Source: Lytechinus pictus (taxonomy: Eukaryota). From it: a stretch of 64,000 bases of DNA. This document shows, piece by piece, positions 40,433 through 53,121 of the stretch. Where the stretch lies: positions 682,001 through 746,000 of the forward strand of contig NC_087252.1 in assembly GCF_037042905.1 (NCBI RefSeq), written 5' to 3'. The notes below the pieces were generated by a model that worked only from the letters and a program-made list of their open reading frames with translations, was not told the DNA's origin and made no database searches. A program made the translations under genes and the position numbers. The stretch's first letter is position 1. Every line of letters begins with the position of its first letter.

Positions 40433-42261
40433 AAAGAGTTAAAGAAAGGGAAACGTTTCCGGGGGACCCCCCCCCAAAAAAAAAAAAATAATAATAAATA
40501 AATAAATAAATAAAAAGAGAAAGAAGACAAACGGATCCGGGGTCCAGGGGAGCCATTACCCCCCCCCCCCGGAAAAAAGACAAACAAAAAAGGAAGATAT
40601 AAGACATAAAGAAAAAGGTAAATGGGAGAGAGAATTTGAAGATAAAGAAACGGATCCAGTGAAACTGGAGGGGTATCCCCTTCGCCTGCCCCTCATGAGG
40701 AAGAGAGAGAGAGAGAGATACAAAGAGGGGGATAGGAGGGGTAAGGAAAAGGGGAACGAACAGGATAAAGATGGATAACAGATCTAGGGACTGATAGGCG
40801 TCACCACCCAGGCGCGGATCCAAGATTTCGTGGGGAGGGGGGGCCCAAGTTTGACCTGATTTTTGGCGCCCATGTGTACTTTTCGAAAAATGGCGCCCCC
40901 TCCCTCCCGGCCAGGCTAACTTAAATGTAACTTAAATGCCTTAAATGTATTTTGAATTATCTTATTACATCATTAATCACATAAAAAAAAAGGCAATTAA
41001 AGACCATTTTTTTAATGTGTTCTTTAAAAAAAAATCCATGAATATATAATGTAATATCAATGGGAGCGCGAAGCGCGAGCGATTTTTTGGGGTCTCAATT
41101 TGGTTTAACTTCTCACCAGAGTAGGCCCTACTAGAATATTGTGTGAACGGGAGCTGTAGTTTCTTTACTAGTTATTTAGAATAGCCTTCAATAATATCAA
41201 TGATAACCTCTTGGGAATAATGCAATCTCGAAGCAATCGACCCAATCTCCTCATCAGTGGCGAAGCTGTGATTTATTCAGCATGGTTGCAAGGGGGGGGG
41301 GGGGCTTGTTGAACTTTTGTAGAGGGCACCAAGATAAAAAAAAAAAAAAAAAATGGGGGGGGGGTAGAAGTTAAAGAAATTCCGAAATTTTATTCTTAAA
41401 AACACATCGAGGTATCTCACAAGGCCTAAATAAATAATGATAACGCGAAGCGCGATATATTTGACATAATATTTGGAAAATAATATTATATTTCACCATA
41501 ATCCCTTTCCTTTTTTCTATTTTTTTTCTTGGTCGTGATTTTTTTTTTTTTTTGGGGGGGGGGCAAAACGCCCATGTCCTAATAGTCATTTTTTAGCTTT
41601 ACTCTATAAACAACATTAATGTGCAATAATCTCATAAGCCCTATGCGAGATAAAAAATAATGAAATTTCATGTATTTTGACCTGAAAATTGAACATTCTG
41701 GACAATGTTTGTGAACCTAAACAAGATGCGTATTTAACTAGATAGTCACTACGAGCGCGAAGCGCGAGCATAAATTTTTAATGTGCGTTCTGGCCTGGTC
41801 GAAAAGGGACCTGTTAAGGAAGTTTTGCAGTTAGCCATTAAGACGATACATATTTCGACGATTGAATAATGCGAGCGCGAAGCGCGAGCTGAACATTTTT
41901 GATATTCCAACCTAAAAAAATTGATTTCATGTGTAAGGACTGATTACACATACTCCCTGGCTTTTATTAGAGAGTACCTGTTAGTACCGATCAGTAAGGA
42001 CTGATTTTAGGAATTCATGAAGAGCAGACATCTCACCAATCAACTAATGCGAACGTTAGCACGGACAGGAAATGTTTTATATTAAGACCTTAAAATTGGG
42101 CAATCACTTTAAGTAGTCATGAAAAAGAAGCAAATGTCACTACATAAAACAATAACCATCATTTACACAGGTCCAAAATACTGGTATGGTATTCACCAAA
42201 GCCTTAAACAAAATATAAATATAAACACCTTAAACAAACACCTAAAGCTCTCATTCCTTAA

Positions 42262-42865
42262 AGGTCAAGTCCACCCAAGAAAATTGTTGATTTGAATCGA
42301 TAGATAAAAATCAAACAAACATAACACTGCAAATTTCATCGAAATCGGATGTAAAATAAGAAAGTTATGACATTTTCAAGTTTCCCCTTTTTTCACAAAA
42401 CAGTAAAATGCACAACTCAGCGATATGCAAATGAGAGAGTCGATGATGTCCATCACTCACTATTTATTTTGTTTTTTATTGTTTGAATAATACAATATTT
42501 CAATTTTTACAGAATTGACAATAAGGACCGACTTAACTTAACCATAAACTGTTAAAATAATGGTAAATCCACATGTTCAGTGAAAAATAAAACTTTGTTT
42601 CACTTGACAAGGAGGAGAAAATTAGAATATTTCATATTTCATATAATAAAATACAAAAGAAATAGTGAGTGGATGACGTCATCAGTCTGCCAATTTGCGC
42701 ACCGACCAGGATGTGCATATAACTGTTGTGTGAAAATTTAGCGAAACTTTAAAATGTCATAACTTTCTTAATTTACATCCGATTTTGATAAAATTTTCAG
42801 TGTTTTGCTTGTTGAATTTTTTTCCTTTTTATCAAATCAACTTTTTGTTGTGGTGGACTTGTCCT
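42262..42865. mobile_element. TTAA-flanked non-autonomous element (Kolobok-like); partial relatives at ~43960-44242 and ~50118-50515
   Basis: TTAA on both sides; TIR aggtcaagtccacc / ggtggacttgtcct. Confidence 0.8.
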
Positions 42866-44869
42866 TTAATGAGTACAACGAATAACACATATGAACTGCT
42901 TTCTCTTTTCCACGATACTTGACTCTCGACCCTATTTCTCTTTCCCCTCCCCTTTCCCTTTTCTCTGCTGGACACCTAACCGTTTTTTGTTTTTTGTTTT
43001 ATTCCCCCAGTTTTTAATATTCCCTTCTCCCCCCTAATTTATGTAGTCACAGCCCCCCCCCCCCCCTTTTTCCCTTGTTATTCAAACCTATTTTGCCGTT
43101 CTTCATATATGGTCAAGATTGTCCTACTTTACTTTTAATTACAAACGATTAAGATTACTACAAATTTATCCCAAGGGACTTACCATTACAAGCTTTGCTT
43201 TTTAATAAGTCCCTCATTTTCATTTTCACATGCTAACTGTAATCTGTAATTAGTCTAATTATCAAAATGTGTTTGGAACAAAAAGAATTATATACATTTC
43301 GACTATTTCCTACGAATTTGTTAATTAATTATTGAAGTATTCTTATGACACTTATTCTGTTATGTACATTCATACATATGTATATATGTTTGTTATGTTT
43401 ATTATCAGAAAATGGAAGTGAAATAAACTAAACTGAAACTGAAATTGAAACTAACTCGAATTGCGAGGAAATATATTTGGTGTATATTGATTTGAAAACG
43501 GGAGGTTTTAGTACAACAAGATTATACATCTCGTTAAACAGTCTATGCGAGCACCAGGAACAATGACGACATAGGCCCTGAGCAAACTGTTTCATAAAGT
43601 CATGAAAAACATGCTTCTTATGTAACATACTTATGATATAATATAACATTATAATAAACAATAATTTCTTCTTTCTACATTACGTTTCTCTTCCTTTCTC
43701 CCTCTTTTTCTCCTTTTCCCCGTTTTTTATATATATATATTTTTTTGTTTGGGGGGGGGGGGGCACGTGCCCCCCATGCCCCCTGGTAGTTACGCCACTG
43801 TATAGGTATACAGAACTCACCAATCAAAATGCGAGCGACAGCGCTAGCTCATAGGCCTTCATTTTTGACAATCGAGACACCTGAAAAGGAATATTTTGAG
43901 AATCTTATATGAAATACACGAAGATAATAGGTAGGCCTACAACATTTTAAAGATTCGCTTAATTTCACAAACCAGTTATATTCACATCCTTGTCTGTATG
44001 CAAATGAGGAGACTGATGACATCACTCACTCACTACTTCTTTTTGTATTTTAGTGTATGAAATATGAACTATTCCATTTTTCTCCGTTGTCATGTGAAAC
44101 AACGATTAATTCCTCCCTGAACATGAGCAATTAGCATTGTTTAATACATCCGATTTTGATGAAATTTTCAGCATAATGCTTGTTTGATTTTTCTCTATTT
44201 ATTCAAATCAACATTTTTTTGGGGGGTGGACTTGTCCTTTAAGAAATGAAGGCGAGCGCGAAACGCTAGCCGAAAACTTTTTTAATGATGAAATGAAAAG
44301 GACATTTTCAGTTGTTAGATTAGAATATAAAATATTTTCAGCTTGTGCTTCTCGTTCGCATAAAAAAAACTGTGAGGTCGGGATGCGTATATAATTAAAC
44401 AGTGATGCGAGTGCGAAGAGCGAGCTCAATTTTTTTATATACTGACTCAAGAAGGACTCTTTTAAGGTATAATTCCTATTCTAAAAGTTTTTCCTTTTTC
44501 TCTTCGTCTTTTTTTCTTTCCTTTTTCTTCGCCACCATGGGAGGGGGGGCAAAAACTTTGCCCCCTGGATCGGCCTATGTATATTGACTTGAAAAACACT
44601 AACATTTTAAGGACTTATGTACGTGTGATCGATGGAGAGGATACACACCTCACTAATCAAATATTGCGAGCGCGTAGCGCCAGCTGAATTTGATATTAAC
44701 CCCTTTTCTGACCCTGAACAGGATACCTATCTCGCCAAACAAACTTCAAACTCGAGCACATTGATTTTTGTCTATTATCGTAAAAACGGGATATTTTAAA
44801 TCAGCCGCATTAATTTAACCTTTTTGGGCAGGAAATAAATTTCACTATAAACAGGCTATACGAGCAATG

Positions 44870-46665
44870 TTGCGCCCCCGGTCGAACATGAATTTGCATG
44901 GAGCCCCCTAAGTTCAAGGTCAATTTGGCGCCCTCGGTCGAACATGAATTTGGCGTCATGTGAAATATCACTTTGCCCTCCCCCTTCTGAAACATGTATT
45001 TGTCGCTTTATGGTCAAACATCAAATTAGCGCTCCCCTAGTTCGAACATCAATTTGGCGCTCCGCTAGTTTGAACATCAATTCGGCGCTCCCCTAGTTCG
45101 AACATCAATTTTGCGCCCCTCCCAGTTCAAACATCAATTTGGCGCCCCCATCTAGTTCGAAAATTAATTCGCCCCCTCCTCCTTGTTCAAACATCAATTC
45201 GGCGCCCCATGGTTCGAACGTCATTTTGGCGCCGCCTAGTTCTAACATCAATTTGGCGCCCCCCTTGTTCGAACATCAATTTGGCGCCCCAAGTTCGAAT
45301 AGCAATTCGGCGCCCCCTGGTTCGAACATCAATTTGGCGCCCCTAGTTCGAACATTCAATCGGCGCCCCCCGATGTCGAACATAAATTTTGCGCCCCTAC
45401 GTCGAACATCAATTCGGTGCAACCCCCCCCCTACGTCGAACATCAATTTGGCGCCCCCAGTTCAAACATCATTTTAACATCCATTCGAACATCATTTTGG
45501 CGCCCTCCTAGATCGAATATCAATTCGGCGCCCCTACATGTAGGTCCAACATCAATTTGGCGCCCCAAGTTCGAATAGCAATTCGGCGCCCCCTAGTTCG
45601 AACATCAATTTGGCACCCCTAGTTCGAACATTCAATCGGCGCCCCCCGATGTCGAACATAAATTTTGCGCCCCTACGTCGAACATCAATTCGGCGCACCC
45701 CCCCCCCTACGTCGAACATCTATTTGGCCTCCCTAGGTCGAACATCAATTTGGCGCCCCCAGTTGGAACATCAAATTGGCGCCCCTAGTTCGAATATCAA
45801 TTCGGCGCCCCCTAGTTCAAACATCAATGTGGTGCCCCTAGTTCGAACATTAATTCGGCGCCCCCCCCCCTAGTTCGAGTATCAATTCGGCGCCCCTACA
45901 TGTAGGTCGATCATCAATTCGCCCCCCCCCCCCGTTCGACCATCAATTCGACCCCCAGTTTGAACATAATTTTGGCATCCCTTCGAACTCAATTTGGCTT
46001 CCCTAGTTCGAATATCATTTCGCCCCCCTAGCTCGAGTATCAATTTGGCGCCCCCTAGTTCGAACATCAATTCGGCGCCCCCTAGTTTGAGTATCAGTTT
46101 GGCGCCCCCCTAGCTCGAACATCGATTCGCCCCCCCTAGTTCGAGTATCAATTTGGCGCCCCCAGTTCCAACATCATTTTAACATTCCTTCGAACATCAT
46201 TTTGGCGCCCTCCTAGATCGCATATCAATTCGGCGCCCCTACATGTAGGTCCAACATCAATTTGGCGCCCCATAGTTCGAGTATCAATTTGGCGACCCCA
46301 ATTTTCAACATCAATTCTAAGCCCCCCTAGTTCGAGTATCAATTTGGCGCCCCCCTAGTTCGAACATCGATTCGGCCCCCTCCCCCCCCTAGTTCGAGTA
46401 TCAATCTGGCGCCCCCAGTTCAAACATCCTTTTAACATCCCTTCGAACATCATTTCGGCGCCCTCCTAGTTCGAATATCAATTCGGCGCCCCTACATGTA
46501 GGTCCAACATCAATTTGGCGCCCCTAGTTCGAATATCATTCCCCCCCCTAGCTCGAGTATCAATTTGGCGCCCCCTAGTTCCAACATCAATTTGGCCCCC
46601 AGTTCGAACATCATTTTGACATTCATTCGAACATCATTTCGGCGCCCTTTGGGTTCGAACATCAT
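44870..46665 (+). repeat. ~27-30-bp minisatellite (ggcgcccc-tagttcgaacatcaattt) with higher-order repeats
   Basis: Dozens of tandem units; blocks such as ~45275-45435 recur at ~45550-45720. Confidence 0.95.
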
Positions 46666-47536
46666 TTTCTTTCCTCCTCTTCCTCTGTTTTTCTTTTCGT
46701 CCTTCCCCCTCTTCCTCTCCCCTTTTCTTATTTTCTTTCCCCCCTTTCTCTCTCTTTTTTCTTCTCTTCTTTCTTCCCTCTTCCTCTTTCTCCTTTTTTC
46801 TCCTTTTCCTTTTCCCCTCTTCCTTTCTCTTTTCCCCCCTCTTCTTTCCCCTCTTCCTCTTTTTTCTCCCCCCTCCCCCTCCCTTTTCTTCTCTTCCTTC
46901 CCCCTCTTCCTCTTTTTTTCTCTTTCTTTCCCCTCTTTTTCTCCTTTTTTTCTTCTTTTCTTTCCCCTCTTCTTTTTTCTTCTTTTCTTTCCTTTCTCTT
47001 CTTCTTTTTCTTTCCTCCCTCCTTTTTTTCCTTTTCTTTCCCCTCTTCCTCTTTTTTCTTCCCCCTCCCTTTTCTTCTCTTCCTCTTTTTTCTCCTTTTC
47101 TTTCCTCTTTTTCCTCTCTCTCTTTTTCTTCTCTTCCTTTCCCCTCTTCCCCTCTCTCTCTTTTTTTCTCTTTTTCCTTTCCCTCTCTTTTTCCTTCTCT
47201 TTCCCCTTTTCCTCCCCTTCCTTCCCTTCCTTCCCCCTCTTCCCTTTTTCTTCTTTTCTTTCCCCCTTTCCTCTCTCTTTTTCTCCTCTTCTTCCGTCCC
47301 CCTCTTCCTCTCTCTTTTCCCCTCTTCTTTTCCCCTTTCTCTCTCTTCTCTTCTTTCCTTCTTCTTCCTCTTTTTTTTTTCTCCTTTTCTTTTCTCCTAT
47401 CTACTTTCCTCTTTTCTTTCCCCCCTTTTCCTCTCTCTTTTTTCTTCCCTGCTTCCCCTCTTCCTTTCTTCTTTTTCTTCTTTTTTCCCCCCTCTTCCCC
47501 TCTTTTTTCTCTTTCTTTCCCTCTCTTCTTTTTTTT
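46666..47536 (+). repeat. ~870-bp polypyrimidine (CT) tract
   Basis: Almost only C and T on the + strand. Confidence 0.97.
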
Positions 47537-48024
47537 AGCCGAAGGGGGGGGGGCAAGGCCCCCTCGGCCCCCCCCATGGATCCGCGCCTGTCACCACCCC
47601 CCCCCCCAAAAAAAAAAAAATAAATAAAAAAAAAAATAAAAAAAAATAAATAAAAAGTGGAACACGGAAGAGAACAAGAAGACAAAGAATAGAAGAAAAA
47701 GGATATATATTTGGAAAAAAATATGAAAAAATAAGAGAGAGGTGGATGACAGATAAGTCAAAGAAAAGGAAAAAAAGTGGGAAGATAAAGAGGAAATTAC
47801 CTTGTACATTATGTACTTATTTCGACTCATTCCAATCGTGTAAATATGTAATTATAATGATTTATTTCAATAAAACATACAAAAAAGAGGAGAGCAAATG
47901 ACATGTATAGGCTCAGTTAGAATAGAGGAACAAAAATTCCCTTTTTTTTCTTGGGGGGGGGGGGGCCGGAGGGCAAGCCCTTCCAGTCCTTTGGATCTCT
48001 TCTATATATATATATATATATATT

Positions 48025-48672
48025 TCAGGTGAATTTGACGCCCCCTAGGTCGAACATCAATTTGGCGCCCCCTAGGTCGAACAACATAATTTTGCGTACC
48101 TAGGTGAAACATCAACTTGACGACCCTCTGTTTAAGGTCAATTTGGCGCCCCCTAGATCCAACATCAATTTGGTGCCCCCCTCCAAGGTCGAACATGAAT
48201 TTGGCGCCCCTTAGGTGGAACATAAATTTGGCGCCCCCATGTTTAAGGTCAGTTTGGCGCCCCCTAGATCCAACATCAATTTGGTGCCCCCCCCCCTCCA
48301 AGGTCGAAAATCAATTTGGCGCCCCTTAGGTGGAACATCAATTTGACGCCCCCATGTTTAAGGTCAGTTTAGCACGCCCCCCTTACAGGACAATTTGGCG
48401 CCCCTAAGTTTAAGGTCAATTTGGCGTCCCCCATGTCAAACATCAATTTGGCGCCCCCAAGTTTAAGGTCTGTTTGGTGCCCCCGTTACATGTTAGTTTG
48501 ACGCCCCCAGTGGAATATCAATTTGGCGCCCCCCCCCCCCGTTGAATATCATTTCGGTGCCCACTAGGTAGAACATCAATTTGGCGCCCTGATGATCGAA
48601 CATCACTTTGGCACCCCCTCCCAAGTTTAAGGTCAGTTGTCGCCCCCTCATTACAGCTCAATTTGGCACCCC
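48025..48672 (+). repeat. Second, diverged GGCGCC minisatellite array followed by a short CT tract
   Basis: Units aacatcaatttggcgcccc and tttaaggtcagtttggcgcc. Confidence 0.9.
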
Positions 48673-51343
48673 TCTGTCTCTCTTCCTTTTTGTTCGCCTT
48701 TTTTCTCTCTTTCCCCTCTCCCCCCCCCCCCCTCCCTTTTTCACCCCCTTCCCTCTCCTTGTTTTTCTTCTCTCTATCCTCCCCCTTTTCACTCTTTTTC
48801 TCTCCGGCCTTTTCTTTTTTTTTCTTTCCTTCCCCTTATTGCCGCCTCCTTTTCGCCTACTACCCCGGGGGCCAGGGCCTCTAAAGCCCCCATCCCACCA
48901 GAATACGCGCATGATATACCACCGTCTTCATCATATGCAGGGTGGATCGAGCCCCCGGATCGAGCCCCAACCCATACTACAAACTGACCTAGGACTGGTG
49001 GAAGAACAACTTTCCAGTATTTTGATACAGAAACAGACCTTAATCCTATTGAGAAACGGAGGGCTATCCTTAAATTATTAGGTACTTCCGGTATAGTTAG
49101 ATTCAATCACAATTCGAGTAGTGTTGTAAAACAGCAAAAATCCGGTGAATTTTCATCCAGTATAACAGCCGAGGTATCTTCAAGAGTACTGAGGTGAATA
49201 GGGCATAAATTGTCTGCATAAAATCTTTCCTCCACTAAGTTCCAGCCTGCAACCTACACTCTCTTTTCTTGGGGGGGGGGGGGGGGGCATCAATTCTGAC
49301 ACACCCTATATATACCCCCCTACACACAAGCACACACTATCTAGTGGTATCGCTCAGCGCACTGAACTATACCACTACGTAGAGGTATATTTCGGTGGTT
49401 CAGTGGCAGACACGGACGACCACGTGCATTCACTACAGTGAGTTTGGCACAGGATCTGCTATAACGGAATTTCTGATTGGACGGTCACAAACACTTCACC
49501 CAAAGTCTGCGCATACGTATGCTATTCGCTAAATAACCATACGTATGGTATATACCATACGTATGCTACAAGCTGACGTATGGTAAAAGCATACGCGTGC
49601 ATCAAACCCAAATCGAGCTCGCTGATTGGTCCATTAGAGCACACGTACTCTTAACGGAGAACACGTACTCTTAACAAAGAACACGTACTCTTTTTTGAGC
49701 ATACGTATGGTAGTTCACGTTTTTGGCACTATCGGCCTTCCATAGACGACGACTGTCGAGCTGTCGTGATCTTATCAAATATATTGACGTACTTTGGCGG
49801 ATACAGGGTCGAGCCCCCCCGGGGGGGGGGGGGCACTTCCATTGACGAGTGGATACCATGCGCGACCATTGGGTCTCGAAAAGCACCCTAAACAAGTATT
49901 TTCCATATTCTGAAAATGCACCCCTCAACAAGTATTGGCGTGTGAAACCCTACCCTTAACAAGTATTGGGGGAAAAAACCTACCCTTGGCAAGTATTCCC
50001 TGAATTGAACCCCTAAACATCCGTTACGAACACAATTATTTGCCTTTCGTAACTGATCGTTTGAATTTGAATGTGAACTATCCAACCTTTCTGCGATAAG
50101 TACGATTGTAAGTAAGTTTAAAGGACAAGCCCACGCAAACAAAAAGTCGATTTAAGTAAAAAGAGGAATATCAAACAATCATTATAATGACAATTTCATC
50201 GAAGTCGGATGTAAAATTGGAAAGTTGTGATATATTAAAGTTTTGTTTAATTTTACAAATCAGTTATATGCACATCCTGGTCGGTATGCAATTGAGGAGA
50301 CTGATGACGTGATCCACTCACTATTTTGTATTTTACAATATGAAATATTTAAACATTTCAATTTTCTCCTCGTTGTCAAGTGAGACAACGACTAATTCCT
50401 CCCTGAACATGTGGAATTAGCATTGTGTAAAACTATGGTTCAGTCAAGTTGGTCCTTTTTGTCAAATCTGTAAAAAGAAATGAAATATTGTATAATGCAG
50501 ATTATAAAAACAAAAGTGGGTGGTATGGGCGTTATGACTGCGCGAAGACTTAAGTACTAATGAGAATTTGGTATTCTGAAAAGTCTCATAGCGACCAATT
50601 AGCGGACTTTCCAATGGGGAAAGATAATGGTGAAAAAAGGTCCATTAAGTCTCATCATCTCTTGCTAATTGTGACTTTCATTTCGTACAAATGTCATCAA
50701 ATCGGTTCACTACTGTGCCCAAAACTATAGGAGGAAAATTAAGGAGAAAGGTATATAAAAAAGGAATAGAATAAAGGGAAAGAAGGTAGTATATCATGGA
50801 TAGAAACAGGTAAAATAAGGAATAAGGAACATATTTGCTAATAAAGAAATAAAAAAGAGGGAAAAGATAACATGAATTTTGTACATCTAAGGGAAATATG
50901 ACTATTATTTTTCTATATTTTCTTTGGTTATTAGCATCATACAGTATTTTATTTTTGCGCATTATTTTGACAATAATGAGATTGCCAAATCACGGTAGGT
51001 ACAACAATGTTCAGGGACGAATCAATCTTTGTTTCCAACAATAAAAAATAAGAATAGAACCCTCTAGTATTTAAATGAAATAAATACTCTCTCAAAGAAT
51101 ACCCCCCCCCCAAAAAAAAAAAAAAAAAAAAAAAAAATAGTGAGGTGAGGTGAGTGATACCATGGTTGATTCAAAGATTATTTGACGGATTGTATTTTTC
51201 TTCTGTATTTGTTTTTCTGTTGGGTTGAAATAAACACGAATTGGAATATGAATATGAATTTCTCTGAATGGTTTTCCAAACAGAAGCTTGAGGATTAGGC
51301 CTCTGACAAGTCTTTACTCGGGAGGCGAGTGCCTAGTATCACG

Positions 51344-51359
51344 ATGGAAGATTATTCAC
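51344..51359 (+). CDS. Probable first coding segment (MEDYS; exon 51284-51359) of the malectin-like/FBA-like gene
   Basis: Acceptor ttttccaaacAG, upstream in-frame TAG, ACGATGG start context, donor GTAAGT in phase 1 matching the next exon. Confidence 0.5.
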
Positions 51360-51771
51360 GTAAGTTTACCTTTCCAGATATATAAATTATACATGTATGT
51401 GTTCTAGAATGATTTCATTAGCTTTTATCTTGTTGTGTTTATTTTGCTACAATATTTCATTGCTACAACCTGTTACGACTCTTTTTCTTGAACCTTGAAC
51501 CTTGAAGAGTAATCCCTTTCAGCAGCTTCAAAGCTATCCCGGGATGAAAACATTCTATGTATCAGTGCGAGGTGCCATGGTGAGGTAGTTTGAAATTTCA
51601 CTTATAAACAGTAAAGGTGAGTGTGCACCGTGCAAGTAGCCTGGAATACAGTATGAAATGTCACAATAAAAAGACTAATTTGAAGGAAATTTTGAGCCCC
51701 CAGCTCACGCATGTCACCCACCACTGACACACTACTAATCAACTTTGTTCAACGTTTTATTTCAATTTCAG

Positions 51772-53121
51772 AATCACCACCAACAATCTCCTTGGAGGAG
51801 TTTAATGATGATGTCTTTCCAAGAGAGAAAAATCTGCTTTACAACGTGAACGCTGGTCATGGTGGTGCTTCAGCTATCCTGCTTCACACCCGGCAACGTC
51901 AGTCGAACGCCCAGAGTCAGATGAGTCTAGTTCAATCCGGTTTCAACTCGAATACATTCAACACCAAGCTGATTGTGACGTCAAGGTTAGGTATACCTGC
52001 AGCCAGGGACAACGGACGCTTTGCTGCCTCAATCGCACGTGACCTTCAAACAAATCACGACGGGAATTTGATCATGAAGATTAGATATGGTAGACACGAT
52101 GTAACTTTGTTTTCCAACCAGGCTATCTTTACCCGTGGAGGGCGCTTTCCACAAAGAGAATCTTCACCAGAAGGTAACCTTGATGTAGGCCTCCATGAGC
52201 TTGGTTTTGTCCACCTTACTGATACCGTTGAGTACACTGTGTCCTTTCTTGTGGGATGTAGCACGTCTAGATCTGATGAAAGCACACCCGTCGCCTGCTG
52301 CTATATGGTAGAGGTCCAGAGGAATGGGGATTGTTGGAAGCTTGATGCTGTTCCAGCTGGGAAATGTGGACCGAATGAGATGAAAAACAACTGGAAATTC
52401 GACATTAACCAGGATGGTTGTGTCAAGATCGAAGGCCCTCCAGATAGCCACTTTGTTTTCCTGTGCAACCGAAGTTACGCTGTGGATACATCCGACACCT
52501 CGCCTTGTGGCAAGGTATTTTTCACTCAAACCTACAACGGCGAGCACAGCACGACTCTTGTACCCAAGATCCGAACTCACTATGGCCGAGCAATGTTCTT
52601 ACTCTGCTCCAGGTCTAATCCTGACACCGACCTTATCACATCGGCTTTGTACTTTGTGGCACCAATGGTGAACAAAGTGGGTGTGTACTACATCGCAGAA
52701 AGCACTGATGATCCGTCACTGTCGACCCCAGCCCTTTGGTTGGTGAGTAAGAAGATAGGGAAGTTGGCGGTGAGGCTGAAACCGGACCTGACAGGCCCTT
52801 GCCGGTACGCTTTCTTCTCAAATGCACCGGAGGACCTTGAAGATGTCGAAAGTAGGTGCCTTCAGAGCGACTGCATCGCTACAGGAGTTGACACCCCGCT
52901 GCGTGGTCATCTCTCAATCAATGATGGCTGCCTGAACGTCTGGACCGATAGAAGAGTTGACATCAAGATTGAGTCCGGCAACCATACTGCCGTGCTCGTA
53001 CCGGAATCCGAGTTGGAGGAAGAGTCCGGGCGGTTTACCTTCCAAAAAGACGTTTCAAATGAGACCAAAGAGGGGAAGGGCGTGTACGTCTTTAGAGCCA
53101 GTGTTACTTTGAAAAACAAAG
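51772..53121 (+). CDS. Large 1350-nt coding exon with ~3 internal beta-rich repeats of unknown family
   Basis: Lies within the 479-aa ORF; branch-like tactaat, ttcaatttcAG acceptor, G|GTAAGC donor; phase 1-1. Confidence 0.9.

Larger units (their letters stand above)
40809..47590. mobile_element. 6.8-kb non-autonomous hAT-type element
   Basis: TIR caggcgcggatcca / tggatccgcgcctg; 8-bp TSD tcaccacc at 40801-40808 and 47591-47598. Confidence 0.9.
16740..49745. mobile_element. 33-kb composite TIR-bounded element, no transposase seen
   Basis: 190-bp TIRs at 16740-16929 and 49556-49745 (two mismatches seen by eye), each with three aagagtacgtgt repeats; flanking direct repeat acga (4 bp), or gacgac (6 bp) if the ends are TATGG/CCATA. 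Confidence 0.85.

Noticed and set aside
41255..43800. cagtggcg...cgccactg pair as one hAT element
   Set aside because: Flanking 8-mers do not match, so the ends may belong to different insertions.
44870..46665. CRISPR-like appearance of the GGCGCC arrays (also 48025-48672, 56030-56735)
   Set aside because: Units are contiguous with no unique spacers, no cas genes, and the context is eukaryotic.
46565..47623. 352-aa F/L/S/P-rich ORF
   Set aside because: By-product of the CT tract, which cannot form stop codons.
16740..49745. Polinton/Maverick assignment (large size, possible 6-bp TSD)
   Set aside because: No protein-primed DNA polymerase B, integrase, ATPase or capsid ORFs, and the termini are not AG...CT.
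51523..51616. Possible extra exon with GTGAGT donor
   Set aside because: The frame needed to join the next exon has a TAG and no later ATG; at most non-coding.
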